Assembly: GCA_963676565.1 (NCBI GenBank)
Contig: OY781089.1
Coordinates: 256,001 to 320,000 of the forward strand
From: Halarcobacter sp.
GTDB lineage: Bacteria > Campylobacterota > Campylobacteria > Campylobacterales > Arcobacteraceae
DNA: 64,000 nucleotides
Reading direction: 5' to 3'
The translations under genes were made by a program, and so were the position numbers. The notes below the pieces were generated by a model. It did not search any database, was not told where the DNA came from, and saw only the letters and a list, made by a program, of their open reading frames with translations. Below are positions 45,988-55,422 of this stretch, piece after piece (within the stretch, counting starts at the first letter, position 1; each line of letters begins with the position of its first letter).

Positions 45988-46188
45988 TTATAATTTACAA
46001 GAGTCAATTTGTGGAGTTGAATATTTAGCTTTTTCTTTTAAGTCTTTTAGTTCCTCTTTATCAAACTCATCTAAATTCTCTTTTGCTTCTAATTTAGCAA
46101 TTTCTTTTGCTAACTCTGGGTCTTTGTATTGAGAACATCCTGTTAATAAAAACACTGACAGCAAAAAATAGATTGACATTCTTTTCAT
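45988..46188 (-). CDS. Small lipoprotein
   Basis: Lipobox LTGC; AAGGA upstream. Confidence 0.75.
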   Translation of the reverse strand: MKRMSIYFLLSVFLLTGCSQYKDPELAKEIAKLEAKENLDEFDKEELKDLKEKAKYSTPQIDSCKL

Positions 46189-46494
46189 AACTAGTCCTTT
46201 GTTTTAATATAAAAGTTTTATATATATTAAATAAAAATAAGCTTTTTATAGATTTTAAATATAATTATTGAGATAATATTTAGATTGAGAAAGTTCTAAG
46301 TACAAAATCGTAAGTTTAGTTTTAGTCACACCTTTCTTTATTTTGCACTTAGAGCCATTTTATTAAGAAAAATAATTATACTAGTTATATGTTAATGTAA
46401 CAAGGTTATTTTTCTTTACTTTTTCTTTACACTTTAAAATTTAAGATTTAAGATTTAAATTATTATGGTAAGGATTTAGGGATAAAGAAGATAT

Positions 46495-46530
46495 AAAAAA
46501 AGTGGAGGTATAAAATACCTCCCCTTTTTT
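46495..46530 (-). terminator. Intrinsic terminator, near-duplicate of the csp terminator
   Basis: Minus strand reads ggggaggta-tttta-tacctccac followed by a T run. Confidence 0.8.
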
Positions 46531-46565
46531 ACTCTTTCTTAATTATGCTTTTTTATATAATTTAA

Positions 46566-46958
46566 TTAATTTTTAGTCTCTTTTTCATCCTTAAGTTCTG
46601 CCCTAAGCTTATTTTTTTCTTCGTCAAGTTTTTCTTTATCAATCATACATTCTTTCTCATTTGAAAGTTTTGATAAAACTTCAATTCTTGCTTTAGCCGC
46701 TTCTCGAGCATCACCAGCATTCATTTGGTTCACAATTATTCCGGGCCAAAAGAATAGCCCCATTCCTACATTTCTACCAGAAAAACCCGTTTTTTCATCA
46801 ATATCATCAAGAACCATCTCTGTTTTTGCATACTCTAAGACTATTTCATTGCAACTTAACTTATTATCATGTAATGTATGTACCTTTACTTGTTTATGTG
46901 TACAACCTGCCAATAATCCAACACCAATTATTGATACAATTAAATTTTTTATGTTCAT
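46566..46958 (-). CDS. Lipoprotein of unknown function
   Basis: ATG 46958 with AGGAG; lipobox LAGC; D..LSC..I..E and a distal Cys. Confidence 0.8.
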   Translation of the reverse strand: MNIKNLIVSIIGVGLLAGCTHKQVKVHTLHDNKLSCNEIVLEYAKTEMVLDDIDEKTGFSGRNVGMGLFFWPGIIVNQMNAGDAREAAKARIEVLSKLSNEKECMIDKEKLDEEKNKLRAELKDEKETKN

Positions 46959-47090
46959 TTCTTCTCCTAAAATTAAGTTTGAAATAATAACTAAACAATT
47001 ACTCAAAAATGTCTCAATTTATTGAAATCAATAATTTTTTAATAATTTAGAAAAGAATAAAAAGGCCACAGGTTAAATAGCTTAAGACAT

Positions 47091-47125
47091 AAAAAAAGGG
47101 AAGGTATAAAATACCTCCCCTTTTT
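47091..47125 (-). terminator. Intrinsic terminator of the cold-shock gene
   Basis: Minus strand reads ggggaggta-tttta-taccttccc followed by a T run. Confidence 0.85.
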
Positions 47126-47142
47126 ACTATTTAAAGCTTATA

Positions 47143-47352
47143 TTATAAAGCAGTTACGTTAACAGCTTGAAGACCTTTTTGACCCTCTTCTACTTCGAAA
47201 GTAACTTTTTGACCTTCATCTAAAGAAACTCTTCCGTAACCTGTGTTATTAATCTGTCTGTAGTGTACAAATACATCTTTCCCACCATCATCTTGTTGAA
47301 TAAATCCAAAACCTTTTTCACTATTGAACCATTTTACTGTTCCGTTTGCCAT
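47143..47352 (-). CDS. csp: Cold-shock protein (CspA family)
   Basis: GTVKWFN, KGFGFI, DVFVH. Confidence 0.97.
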   Translation of the reverse strand: MANGTVKWFNSEKGFGFIQQDDGGKDVFVHYRQINNTGYGRVSLDEGQKVTFEVEEGQKGLQAVNVTAL

Positions 47353-47491
47353 TGTCTTTCCTTTTTTTAATATGTCTTATAATAAAAAACTCAAATTATA
47401 AATACATATTAACATGACAAAATCCAGTCAAAAATTTGACAAAAATCAGCATGAGTTACTACGTTCTATTTGTGTTTGTTTAAATTATAAA

Positions 47492-47567
47492 TGGAGGAGG
47501 TAGCCGGACTCGAACCGACGCATACAGGATTTGCAATCCCGGGCATTACCAACTTTGCTATACCTCC
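47492..47567 (-). tRNA. tRNA-Cys (GCA)
   Basis: GGAGGTA acceptor stem, CGGGA-TTGCAAA-TCCTG anticodon arm, GTTCGAGTC, encoded CCA. Confidence 0.95.
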
Positions 47568-47616
47568 GTATAAATCATTTTAACAGTAGTAAGATAAAAT
47601 GATTGTTTAAAAAAAA

Positions 47617-47705
47617 TGGCAGAGAGCAAGGGATTCGAACCCTCGGAGGCGTGAACCTCGCCGGTTTTCAAAACCGGTGCTTTCGACCAACTCAGCCAAC
47701 TCTCT
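47617..47705 (-). tRNA. tRNA-Ser (TGA)
   Basis: CCGGT-TTTGAAA-ACCGG anticodon arm, long variable arm, GTTCGAATC, G-CCA. Confidence 0.95.
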
Positions 47706-47742
47706 ACGCAAAAAAAAAGATGCTCTCGCATCAATTGAAAAG

Positions 47743-47829
47743 TGGTGCGAATGGTGAGAATCGAACTCACACTCCGAAACCGGAATGGGATTTTAAGTCC
47801 CACGCGTCTACCTATTCCGCCACACTCGC
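47743..47829 (-). tRNA. tRNA-Leu (TAA)
   Basis: TGGGA-CTTAAAA-TCCCA anticodon arm, long variable arm, GTTCGATTC, A-CCA. Confidence 0.95.
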
Positions 47830-47885
47830 ACTTAACAGTAGTTTGAATTTAAAAAACATTGTGTTGTTTCTTAAATTGGACTGGA

Positions 47886-47914
47886 ATTATAATAGATTTT
47901 TTTTTCTTTGTCAA
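47886..47914 (-). promoter_or_regulatory. Consensus sigma70 promoter of the tRNA operon
   Basis: TTGACA (47914-47909), 17 bp, TATAAT (47891-47886). Confidence 0.85.
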
Positions 47915-48029
47915 GGGTTTTTGAAAAAAATTTCAAAATTTTATAAAAATATTTTTTTTTAATAAGAAACAAAACCCTAAAAATGTATAATGCACCCCAC
48001 AAAATAGCCCTAGAAAAGGATAAAGACAT

Positions 48030-49718
48030 ATGAGAAGTGATGAAGTAAAAAAAGGTTTTGACAGAACACCACACAGATCTTTATTAAGAGCGACTGGATT
48101 AAAAGATGAAGATTTTGATAAACCATTTATTGGAGTTGCAAATTCTTTTATTGAATTAATTCCTGGACACTTTTTCTTAGATAAAGTATCAGCAATTATA
48201 AAAGAAGAGATTAAAGCAAATGGATGTGTTCCATTTGAGTTTAATACAATTGGTGTTGATGATGGTATTGCTATGGGTCATGATGGTATGTTATTTTCAC
48301 TTCCAAGTAGAGAATTGATAGCATCTTCTATTGAAACAGTTATGAATGCACATAAACTTGATGCGATGATTGCTATTCCAAATTGTGATAAAATTGTACC
48401 AGGTATGATTATGGGTGCTTTAAGAGTAAATGTTCCTACTGTATTTGTATCTGGTGGGCCAATGCAAAAAGGTCACACAAAAGATGGTACTCCTATTGAT
48501 TTAGCTACTGCTTTTGAAGCTGTAGGAAAACATGAAGCAGGAGATATGAGTGATGAAGAGTTAAAAGATATTGAGTGTAATGCATGTCCATCTGGTGGAT
48601 CATGTTCAGGTATGTTTACTGCTAACTCTATGAATACACTTATGGAAGCAATGGGAATTGCACTTCCTGGAAATGGTACAATTTTAGCACTTACTCCTGA
48701 GAGAGAAGAGTTATATAGAAAAGCTGCAAGAAGAGTTTGTGAGATTGCAAAAGATGCACAATCTAGAGAAAAATTTAAATTAAAAAATATTTTAAATGAA
48801 AATGCCGTTAGAAATGCATTTGCTGTTGATATGGCAATGGGTGGATCTTCAAATACTGTATTACATATGTTAGCTATTGCAAAAGAAGCAGGAGTTAACT
48901 TTAATCTTGAAGATATTAACTCAATTTCAAAAAAGGTTTCACATATTGCTAAAATCTCTCCATCATTATCAACTGTACATATGGAAGATATCAATAAAGC
49001 AGGTGGAGTTAATGCTGTTATGAAAGAGATGACAAAAAGAGGTGATGATATCTTAATTGAAAATCTTACTATAACTGGTGAAACTTTATATGAAAAAATT
49101 AAAGATGCATATATAAAAGACACAAATATTATTCATACTATTGATAATCCATATTCAGAAGTTGGGGGATTAGCTATCCTTTATGGAAACCTTGCACAAG
49201 AAGGTGCTGTTATTAAAACTGCTGGAATTACTGGAGATAGAGTATTTACAGGTAAAGCAGTTTGCTTTGATGGACAACCAGAAGCTATTTCTGGAATTGT
49301 TGGTGGGAAAGTAAAAGCTGGTGATGTTGTTGTTATTAGATATGAAGGTCCTAAAGGTGGTCCTGGTATGCAAGAGATGCTAGCTCCTACAAGTTTAATT
49401 ATGGGAATGGGCCTAGGTGACAAATGTGCACTTATTACTGATGGAAGATTTAGTGGAGCAACAAGAGGTGCTTCAATTGGTCACGTTTCTCCAGAAGCTG
49501 CTGAAGGTGGAATGATTGGACTTCTAAAAGATGGTGATGAGATTCATATTGATGTTGATAAATATATTCTTTCTGTAAATTTAACAGATGAAGAAATAGC
49601 AAAAAGAAAAGCTGAATTTAAACCTCTTAAAAAACCTCTTAACTCTTCTTGGTTAGGACAATATAGAAGTTTAGTTACAAATGCAAGTAATGGTGCTGTT
49701 TTAAAAACTGATCTTTAA
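48030..49718 (+). CDS. ilvD: Dihydroxy-acid dehydratase
   Basis: [38 protein letters not shown]. Confidence 0.98.
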   Translation: MRSDEVKKGFDRTPHRSLLRATGLKDEDFDKPFIGVANSFIELIPGHFFLDKVSAIIKEEIKANGCVPFEFNTIGVDDGIAMGHDGMLFSLPSRELIASSIETVMNAHKLDAMIAIPNCDKIVPGMIMGALRVNVPTVFVSGGPMQKGHTKDGTPIDLATAFEAVGKHEAGDMSDEELKDIECNACPSGGSCSGMFTANSMNTLMEAMGIALPGNGTILALTPEREELYRKAARRVCEIAKDAQSREKFKLKNILNENAVRNAFAVDMAMGGSSNTVLHMLAIAKEAGVNFNLEDINSISKKVSHIAKISPSLSTVHMEDINKAGGVNAVMKEMTKRGDDILIENLTITGETLYEKIKDAYIKDTNIIHTIDNPYSEVGGLAILYGNLAQEGAVIKTAGITGDRVFTGKAVCFDGQPEAISGIVGGKVKAGDVVVIRYEGPKGGPGMQEMLAPTSLIMGMGLGDKCALITDGRFSGATRGASIGHVSPEAAEGGMIGLLKDGDEIHIDVDKYILSVNLTDEEIAKRKAEFKPLKKPLNSSWLGQYRSLVTNASNGAVLKTDL

Positions 49719-49719
49719 T

Positions 49720-49746
49720 AATAAGTTGGGAAATTCCCAACTTATT
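49720..49746 (+). terminator. Hairpin after ilvD
   Basis: aataagttggga-aat-tcccaacttatt. Confidence 0.75.
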
Positions 49747-49921
49747 CCTACTACAAACTCCACAATTTCTACACTTTGTATTAAGTTTTTGTTTACACTT
49801 TATTCAGAAACAGTTTACATTTAGATATTATAATTATCTTACATAAACTATGAAACTCTATTTAAGTAGGTACCACATTAAAAAGTTTAGAGTAAATAGA
49901 ATTATTTAAAAGGACAGAAAA

Positions 49922-51340
49922 ATGAGTAAAAAAGCTATTTTATTTACTGCCATTCTTGCATCAAGTTTATTTGCATCAAGTATAGATTTTCAAATGGCAG
50001 AAAAGAATCCACAAAGGGTTACTCCAAGTAATCCACACCAAATTTTATCTTTCAATGAAAGTGTAAAAGATGCTATGCATTCAGTTGTAAATATTGCAGC
50101 TAAGAGAAAAGTTTCTTCAAATGCTGGAAATATTCCATTTCAAATGTTTAACGATCCATTTTTAAGAAGATTTTTTGGGGATCAATTTAATGAACAATTT
50201 CAACAAAATAGAATTCAAAGATCACTTGGTTCTGGTGTAATCATCTCAAAAGATGGATACATAGTTACCAATAACCATGTTATAGAAAATGCTGACGAGA
50301 TTACAATTACAATTGGTGAAGACCCAAAAGAGTATAATGCTAGAGTTATTGGCAAAGATGCTGATTCAGATTTAGCAGTTATCAAAATCGAAGGGGATAA
50401 CTTCACAGCTATTAAATTAGGATTTTCTGAAAGTTTAAAAGTTGGGGATTTAATTTTTGCCCTTGGTAACCCTTTTGGTATAGGAAGTACTGTAACACAA
50501 GGTATTATTTCTGCATTAAATAAAGACAATGTAGGTATCAATAGATATGAAAACTTTATTCAAACAGATGCCTCTATCAACCCTGGAAACTCAGGTGGAG
50601 CACTTGTAGATAGTAGAGGTGCTTTAATTGGTATTAACAGTGCAATAATCTCAAGATCAGGTGGAAATAATGGTATTGGTTTTGCAATTCCAGTTGATAT
50701 GGTAAAAAATGTTGTAAAAAAATTAATCTCTGATGGTAAAGTAACAAGGGGTTATTTAGGTGTGGTAATTGATGATTTAAAACCAAATTTAACGAAACTT
50801 TATAACCATGATAGTGGTGCTTTAATTTTAGATGTTGCAAGTGATACTCCTGCTGCTAAAGCTGGGTTAAAAAGAGGAGATTTAATCTACTCTATTAATA
50901 ACAAACAAATTAGAAATAGAAAAGATTTACAAAATGTTATCGCCTCATTTAAACCTGATGAAACTATCAATGTTAAGATTGAAAGGGATAAAGAAAATAT
51001 CACAAAAGAGATTACCCTTGGCAATAGAGCTGGTCTTATAACTTCTGAAGCAAATAATGGTAAATTTTTAGGTGGTCTTCAATTATCTGAAATCAATGCT
51101 GATATGATAAAAAGATTTAGATTAAGTTCAAATGCAGAAGGTGTTTTAATTATTGGTGTTGAACCAGGTTCAAGAGCAGAAAAAGTTGGTTTTCAACCAG
51201 GTGATGTTATTATCCAAATTGAAGAAATCGAAATAAAAAGCTTTGGTGACATACAACAAGCTGTAAGAAAGTATAATAAAAAAGATAAAAGAATCTATGT
51301 TAATAGATATGGTCAAACAATTCTATTAGCAATGAAATAA
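49922..51340 (+). CDS. htrA: HtrA/DegP serine protease with two PDZ domains
   Basis: TNNHV, DLAVIK, INPGNSGG. Confidence 0.97.
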   Translation: MSKKAILFTAILASSLFASSIDFQMAEKNPQRVTPSNPHQILSFNESVKDAMHSVVNIAAKRKVSSNAGNIPFQMFNDPFLRRFFGDQFNEQFQQNRIQRSLGSGVIISKDGYIVTNNHVIENADEITITIGEDPKEYNARVIGKDADSDLAVIKIEGDNFTAIKLGFSESLKVGDLIFALGNPFGIGSTVTQGIISALNKDNVGINRYENFIQTDASINPGNSGGALVDSRGALIGINSAIISRSGGNNGIGFAIPVDMVKNVVKKLISDGKVTRGYLGVVIDDLKPNLTKLYNHDSGALILDVASDTPAAKAGLKRGDLIYSINNKQIRNRKDLQNVIASFKPDETINVKIERDKENITKEITLGNRAGLITSEANNGKFLGGLQLSEINADMIKRFRLSSNAEGVLIIGVEPGSRAEKVGFQPGDVIIQIEEIEIKSFGDIQQAVRKYNKKDKRIYVNRYGQTILLAMK

Positions 51341-51350
51341 AGGATTTACA

Positions 51351-52028
51351 ATAGTTCAGGTACTTATGATTGAAGATGATTTAGAGTTAGCTCAAATCAT
51401 CACTGACTACTTAGCTTCATATGATATTGAAGTGACAAATACAGATAGCCCTTATAATGGGCTATCAATGTTAAGTTTAAAAGACTATAAACTACTTATT
51501 TTAGATTTAACACTTCCAGAAATTGATGGCTTAGAACTTATTCCAAAGATTAGAGAAAAATCTCAAATTCCAATTATAATCTCTAGTGCAAGAGATGATA
51601 TTCTTGATAAAGTTATGGGACTTGAAAGAGGAGCTGATGACTATCTTCCAAAACCATACAATCCAAGAGAGTTACAAGCAAGAATTAAAGCTATTTTAAA
51701 AAGAATTACTCCTATTGTAAAAGAGGAAGATAATGTTAAAAAAACTGACTTTGAATTAAGAGAAGATGATATTCAAATACTCTTTAAAGGTGAGGTTTTA
51801 TCTTTAACTTTAGCAGAGTTCGATATTTTAAAATTAATGATTCAAAGAAATGGTGCAGTCGTAGCAAGGGAAGATTTTATTTATTCAAGTGATCATATTG
51901 AAGATGACAGTAGTTTAAAAAATATTGACGTTATGGTTTCTAGAATTAGAAGTAAAATATCTAAGATTGATGATAGTAAAACATATATCAAATCAGTTAG
52001 AGGAATTGGTTATCAACTAATATCATGA
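51351..52028 (+). CDS. OmpR-family response regulator (RacR/CpxR-like), probable ATA start
   Basis: IEDD, LDLTLP, GADDYLPKP, VRGIGY; beta1 (VQVLM) lies upstream of the tracked ATG 51366. Confidence 0.92.
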   Translation: MVQVLMIEDDLELAQIITDYLASYDIEVTNTDSPYNGLSMLSLKDYKLLILDLTLPEIDGLELIPKIREKSQIPIIISSARDDILDKVMGLERGADDYLPKPYNPRELQARIKAILKRITPIVKEEDNVKKTDFELREDDIQILFKGEVLSLTLAEFDILKLMIQRNGAVVAREDFIYSSDHIEDDSSLKNIDVMVSRIRSKISKIDDSKTYIKSVRGIGYQLIS

Positions 52029-53245
52029 TTCGTAATATCTCTATTTCTGCATTTATCAACACTATATTTATTTTAGCATTAATTGCAATTACACTAACCT
52101 TTGCAATTTTTATCAAGCTTGACCAACAAAGATATAATATAAATATGCAAAAAAAATATGAGCTTGTTGCAGAAAGTCTACTTAAATCTTTACAAACAAA
52201 CCCAACAAATAGTAGTATTAAAATCATTTTAGACCAATTTAAAATGAAAAGAATCCAAGATGAAGAATTGAACTTTAATATTATAAATCATGCTAAACCC
52301 ACTTTACTTAGAACAAATAATTTAGGGATGTATAGAATTTTTAACCTTGAAGACAATTTATATATTTATGTTCAAAAAGATGGTTACAATTTAATGATTC
52401 AAGATTCTCAAAATTATTCATATAATCTTATAATCATCATATCAGCTGCAACATTTTCCCTTGCAGTATTACTCTCTTTATACTATATTTTAAAAAGAAA
52501 ACTAAAACCACTTAGGGATTTAAATAAAGAGATTAAACAGTTTTCAAATGGTGACTTTAATGTAAAAATCAAATCTAATAGTACTGATGAGATTGGAACA
52601 ATTGCAAAAACCTTTGGGGATGCAATAAACCATATAAATAATCAAACAAAATCAAAAGACCTTTTCATGCGTAATATGATGCATGAACTTAAAACTCCAA
52701 TTACAAAAGCTATGTTTATAGCAGAAACTTTAGAAGATGATAAAACACGATTAACCTTACAAAAAGCCTTTAAAAGAATGGATGACATTATCAAAGAGCT
52801 TGCTATGGTTGAAAAACTTACATCTAGCAATACCTTTGTATATAAAGAGCTTACATCATTTTTCAAAATCTATAAAAGAACAGTTGAAATTGCAATGTTA
52901 AGCCCAGATAAAATTAGTGCGAAAGTAAATGATTTTAAATTAAATGCAGATACAGCAATGTTTTCTGTTGCCCTAAAAAATTTAATAGATAACGCCATTA
53001 AATTTTCACCAAATAACCACGCAATAATAAAAGCAAATAAACAAAGAGTTGATATCATTAGTGATGGGGAACCATTAAAATACGAATTAGAATATTATAC
53101 AGAACCATTTTCACAAGAAGAGAAAAGAAGTGATGGTTTTGGATTAGGATTATATATTGTAAAAACCATTGCAAACTTGCATGGTTATAAATTGGTTTAT
53201 AACCATACTAAAGGGAAGAATACCTTTTCTATTTTAATCTCTTAA
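52025..53245 (+). CDS. Sensor histidine kinase (HAMP; ArsS/RacS-like)
   Basis: Two TMs, HAMP DEIG, HELKTP, NLIDNAIK, GLGL. Confidence 0.93.
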   Translation: MIRNISISAFINTIFILALIAITLTFAIFIKLDQQRYNINMQKKYELVAESLLKSLQTNPTNSSIKIILDQFKMKRIQDEELNFNIINHAKPTLLRTNNLGMYRIFNLEDNLYIYVQKDGYNLMIQDSQNYSYNLIIIISAATFSLAVLLSLYYILKRKLKPLRDLNKEIKQFSNGDFNVKIKSNSTDEIGTIAKTFGDAINHINNQTKSKDLFMRNMMHELKTPITKAMFIAETLEDDKTRLTLQKAFKRMDDIIKELAMVEKLTSSNTFVYKELTSFFKIYKRTVEIAMLSPDKISAKVNDFKLNADTAMFSVALKNLIDNAIKFSPNNHAIIKANKQRVDIISDGEPLKYELEYYTEPFSQEEKRSDGFGLGLYIVKTIANLHGYKLVYNHTKGKNTFSILIS

Positions 53246-53246
53246 T

Positions 53247-53672
53247 CTATTTTTTTATTACAACATCTTTCATAATCTCAAACCAATTTCTTGAAAAATG
53301 TTTTTTAATATATTTCTCTCTATGGGGAACTATACATCCTGAACAGTTTTGATGGATATAATCTTCCCCAATAAACTGATCACCATCTTTTGAGTCAATA
53401 GAACAAAAAGAATACACAGTTTTGTCATCTTGCTTTTTTACCCCTTCATCATCAAATCTAAAATTTGGACAGGCGCACAGATAACAATTTAACTCTTCAT
53501 AGTCATGACACTTTTTATTATCTTTATATAAAGGACAAAAATCTGGTTCATTTTTTACCATATTATCAAATCTAAAATACTCTATAACCTCATCATCACT
53601 TTTATCTTTTAGTTTTTCCATAACCTTGGCATGTCTTTTACCATGATTCTCAAACCATTCTATATATTTCAT
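53247..53672 (-). CDS. Cys-rich small-domain protein
   Basis: FCPLY...CH...NCYLCACP...C...CSGCIVPH. Confidence 0.75.
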   Translation of the reverse strand: MKYIEWFENHGKRHAKVMEKLKDKSDDEVIEYFRFDNMVKNEPDFCPLYKDNKKCHDYEELNCYLCACPNFRFDDEGVKKQDDKTVYSFCSIDSKDGDQFIGEDYIHQNCSGCIVPHREKYIKKHFSRNWFEIMKDVVIKK

Positions 53673-53684
53673 TAATTCAAGCTC

Positions 53685-54371
53685 CTAAACATAAATCATT
53701 TTCTTAGTCATACCACCATCTACAACTATATTTGTTCCAGTAATAAAACCTTTATTTTTTAGTAAAAATCTAACTGTATCGACAATATCTGAAGTTTCGC
53801 CTACTCTACCACTTAAATGTTGTTTATTATCATTTTTAGTTGGAACAAAACCTTCATGGGTATTAATCCATCCAGGACTAATACAATTTACCTTTACCTC
53901 AGGGCTTAAAGAAACTGCTAAAGCATGAGTAAGAGATACTAGACCACCTTTTGATGCACTATAGCTCTCAGTTCCACTTTCACTCATAATAGCTCTTGTT
54001 GAAGAAATATTTATAATATGACCCTTTTCTTTTTTTAAAAGAGAAGCAAACTCCTTTGAAAGTATATATGGAGCTCTTAAATTTGTATCTATAACACTAT
54101 CCCACTCATCTATACTTTGTTCCTTTATTGGTTTAAAAATCCCAAACCCAGCATTGTTTATAAGTGCATGAATATTATCGTATTTTGTTTTTATTTTCTT
54201 TATTGTTTTTTTTAACTGTTTTTTTGAAGATAAATCACATTTATAAAAATCAACATCTTTTAAATCTTTTTTGTCAATATCTATATTTATGATGTTATAT
54301 TTTTTTCTCAAACTTTTTGCTAAAGCTTTTCCAATACCATTTGAAGCACCAGTTATAATGATATTTTTCAT
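53685..54371 (-). CDS. SDR-family oxidoreductase
   Basis: TGASNGIG, NNAG, YSASK, PGWI. Confidence 0.95.
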   Translation of the reverse strand: MKNIIITGASNGIGKALAKSLRKKYNIINIDIDKKDLKDVDFYKCDLSSKKQLKKTIKKIKTKYDNIHALINNAGFGIFKPIKEQSIDEWDSVIDTNLRAPYILSKEFASLLKKEKGHIINISSTRAIMSESGTESYSASKGGLVSLTHALAVSLSPEVKVNCISPGWINTHEGFVPTKNDNKQHLSGRVGETSDIVDTVRFLLKNKGFITGTNIVVDGGMTKKMIYV

Positions 54372-54820
54372 TAATTTAATTCCCTTGAATCTATAATAAA
54401 AGTTACTGGGCCATCATTTTGAATACTTACATCCATATATGCACCAAAAACTCCAGTTTGTGTATTAATCCCAGCATTTTTAAACTCATTTACAAACTCT
54501 TCATAAAGTTCTTTTGCTACATCAGGAGTTTCACTACTATCAAAACTAGGTCGTCTTCCTTTTTTTATATTTCCAGCTAGGGTAAATTGAGAGATAATAA
54601 GTGCTTGTCCATTTATATCTAAAAGAGATAAATTCATTTTGTCATTTTCATCTTGAAAAATTCTAAGATTTATGATTTTATTTACTAACTTAGTAATATC
54701 AGAACCATCATCACCCTTTTTCACTCCAAGAAGTATATTTAATCCCTTTGATATCTCTCCTACTATTTTTCCTTCAACTTTTACACTAGAAGAACTTACT
54801 CTTTGTATTACTGCTATCAT
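54371..54820 (-). CDS. dtd: D-aminoacyl-tRNA deacylase
   Basis: VIQRV, SQFTL, G.RPSF, NDGPVT. Confidence 0.97.
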   Translation of the reverse strand: MIAVIQRVSSSSVKVEGKIVGEISKGLNILLGVKKGDDGSDITKLVNKIINLRIFQDENDKMNLSLLDINGQALIISQFTLAGNIKKGRRPSFDSSETPDVAKELYEEFVNEFKNAGINTQTGVFGAYMDVSIQNDGPVTFIIDSRELN

Positions 54821-55422
54821 TTATACTCCAACTTTTCAATAACTAATTTCTTATTTTTAAAAGGGTCAACAATAGCTTTAATTTCATCAAAACTATATTT
54901 TAATCTAAAACCAATAGCTGAACCCTTTGCTGTACTTTCTAATATATAATATGGCTTACTATTTACATATAAAGCTTTTTTATGTGGGATTTTATCTTTT
55001 AAATTAACTATCACAAAAATATGTTTTGGAACAAGTACAAAATATGCTTCATAGCCTTTAACTTTTAACATTGAAATCAATAGGTTTGATTTATCATCAC
55101 AATCCCCAAAGTTTTGCTCAACCACCTTTTGTGAACTTTTTGCAACACTTTTATTAACTTTGTAAGGAATTGCTGTTACAAAATCCAACATCGATTGAAC
55201 CTCACAACCATGATTTCCTTGACACTCTTTTGTTAATTCATTTGCAAGTCTTCTAGTAAAATCATCAGTTCTTACTTGATTTACATAGGTTGCACCATCT
55301 ATATCAATAAACTGATGTTTAACAATAAAAAAAGATTTATAAATCATTACAATCATAAATACAACAGAAGCTACAGATATTATAATAGAAAGAAAATACA
55401 AAAATCTATTTTTAAATAGCAT
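54817..55422 (-). CDS. Membrane-anchored transglutaminase-like cysteine protein
   Basis: N-terminal TM; GDCDDKS, VPKH, ILEST (putative Cys-His-Glu triad). Confidence 0.8.
   Translation of the reverse strand: MLFKNRFLYFLSIIISVASVVFMIVMIYKSFFIVKHQFIDIDGATYVNQVRTDDFTRRLANELTKECQGNHGCEVQSMLDFVTAIPYKVNKSVAKSSQKVVEQNFGDCDDKSNLLISMLKVKGYEAYFVLVPKHIFVIVNLKDKIPHKKALYVNSKPYYILESTAKGSAIGFRLKYSFDEIKAIVDPFKNKKLVIEKLEYK

Noticed and set aside
43335..47491. tRNA-anchored genomic island, prophage or integron cassette array
   Set aside because: No integrase or transposase, no duplicated tRNA 3' end and no convincing attC sites were seen. Only the duplicated terminator is reported.
47617..47705. Possible tRNA-Sec or suppressor tRNA
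   Set aside because: The anticodon is TGA (reads UCA, Ser), not TCA. The 7-bp acceptor stem and G discriminator fit an ordinary tRNA-Ser.
47558..48074. ORFs 47558..47803, 47603..47962 and 47871..48074
   Set aside because: They overlap the tRNA genes and their promoter, so they are spurious.
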